Shown one piece after another: positions 32,439-33,205 of a stretch of 33,205 bases of DNA. Location of the stretch: positions 1 through 33,205 of the IMG/VR virus record IMGVR_UViG_3300025771_000096. One strand, given 5' to 3'. A program made the position numbers and the translations under genes. Under the pieces are notes generated by a model. The model ran no database searches. It saw only the letters and a program-made list of their open reading frames with translations, and was not told the DNA's origin. Source of the DNA: a virus (lineage: Duplodnaviria > Caudoviricetes). Position 1 is the first letter of the stretch, and every line of letters begins with the position of its first letter.

Positions 32439-32524
32439 TGTTGATCATTCTCACAGTCGTCGTCCCGCTTTGGTTCCTGTGGGCGCTGTGCGTCGCGGCA
32501 GGAAGCGACGACCGCCACTGCTAG
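32438..32524 (+). CDS. 28-aa membrane peptide (MLIILTVVVPLWFLWALCVAAGSDDRHC)
   Basis: TGATG overlap with the previous stop, single hydrophobic segment, last gene before the convergent hairpin. Confidence 0.55.
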   Translation: MLIILTVVVPLWFLWALCVAAGSDDRHC

Positions 32525-32539
32525 GCGGTCGCATCACCC

Positions 32540-32571
32540 GAAGGGCCTCCCGTGACGGCGGGGGGCCCTTC
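32540..32571. terminator. Stem-loop between convergent transcription units
   Basis: GAAGGGCCTCCCG-TGACGG-CGGGGGGCCCTTC, 13-bp stem with one G-U on the + strand, lying between stops at 32524 (+) and 32576 (-). Confidence 0.65.
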
Positions 32572-32575
32572 ACCT

Positions 32576-33205
32576 TTAGGGTGTAGCCCCGTCTCCCCGG
32601 ATCGGCGGGACGATGACGGTGATCTTGTCCCCGCCATACGGGCTGGGCTCGTCATACGCAGCGGTCTGGTCGCTCGACCATCCCAGGTGCCGCGCATAGT
32701 AATTGACCGTGTGAACCATGCCGGGGATCGGCCTGTCCTGCCCCGTGAGCGTGGTCGGGGGGACGTCCACATGGATCATTACAGCCACGACGGTCGGGTC
32801 GCGCTCGAACTTCAGCCGGAACTGCGCCCCCTCTTCAAGAGCAGGCCGCCCGAAGGCCTCTGCCGAGGCAATGCTGCCCGGACTAAGCTGGATGAACGCC
32901 GTAAGTGCAGCCGTGCCAAAGGCTTCCGCGCTTTGTACGGCGACTGGACGGACCTGACCAGCCGCGTCTAGAACCGGGGTGCCGAAGGCCTCCTGGCTAG
33001 CAATGCCGGTGGGCTCGACGGGTGGCAGCGCCGTGCTGATTGTGGGTGTTCCGAAGGCCTCGTCGCTACCGATTGCGGTTGCCGTGGCCGTGACACCCCC
33101 GGCCTGTACGGTTGCTGTTCCGAACGCCTCTACGGACGCGATCCCTGTGGCGGTTACGGTGACAGCGCCTGGAGTCAGGGTCGGGCTACCGAACGCCTCG
33201 CCGCT
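32576..33205 (-). CDS. 5'-truncated repeat protein with tandem (GI)ASxEAFGTP repeats, probable tail fibre / minor tail protein
   Basis: Frame open from the window edge to TAA at 32576. Six S-x-EAFG units at 22-23 aa spacing; Thr/Ala/Gly/Val-rich. Confidence 0.7.
   Translation of the reverse strand, partial: SGEAFGSPTLTPGAVTVTATGIASVEAFGTATVQAGGVTATATAIGSDEAFGTPTISTALPPVEPTGIASQEAFGTPVLDAAGQVRPVAVQSAEAFGTAALTAFIQLSPGSIASAEAFGRPALEEGAQFRLKFERDPTVVAVMIHVDVPPTTLTGQDRPIPGMVHTVNYYARHLGWSSDQTAAYDEPSPYGGDKITVIVPPIRGDGATP

Larger units (their letters stand above)
1..33205. mobile_element. Tailed dsDNA bacteriophage genome segment (podovirus-like virion module plus divergent early region)
   Basis: Canonical terS-terL-portal-scaffold-capsid-adaptor-nozzle-ejection protein order with overlapping stop/start codons. 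No tape-measure or sheath gene. Cluster of small phage-type early ORFs and no bacterial housekeeping genes. Confidence 0.95.

Noticed and set aside
32800-33205. Regularly spaced CCGAA[G/C]GCCTC nucleotide repeats resembling a CRISPR array
   Set aside because: They encode the EAFG peptide repeat in an open frame, vary at synonymous positions and are too short; no cas genes are present.

Overview
The window is a contiguous piece of a high-GC tailed dsDNA bacteriophage genome, probably a short-tailed (podovirus-like) Caudoviricetes. About 25.8 kb on the minus strand forms a tightly packed virion operon: terS, a small ORF, terL, portal, two small ORFs, scaffold, major capsid, two paralogous capsid-decoration proteins, head-tail adaptor, a 1545-aa tail nozzle with inserted lectin-like domains, two ejection-type proteins, a 3323-aa polyvalent protein, a holin-like protein and an HNH protein. 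A ~960-bp non-coding region separates it from a divergent plus-strand early/host-takeover cluster of about 18 small genes, including an Ocr-like acidic first gene and a DUF932 protein. The window ends in the 3' part of a minus-strand repeat protein that is probably a tail-fibre-type protein. The strongest non-coding signals are (i) a complete type I hammerhead ribozyme at 30064-30116 inside the early operon; (ii) a four-copy bipartite motif (TTCC-N12-TTCGnTC-N13-CKCTnRR), three copies of which begin TTCG exactly 33 nt before an SD-less ATG, suggesting alternative-sigma promoters that make leaderless mRNAs; and (iii) a hairpin-rich ~650-nt candidate ncRNA/leader starting where the fourth copy would initiate. 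In the giant protein, two HExxH peptidase modules, an HhH-GPD (Ogg2-like) glycosylase module and an LPD38-like C-terminus are separated by recurring S-R-F-A-like linkers. No integrase, replication genes, endolysin, tRNA or CRISPR array was seen. All family assignments come from motif recognition by eye, not database searches.
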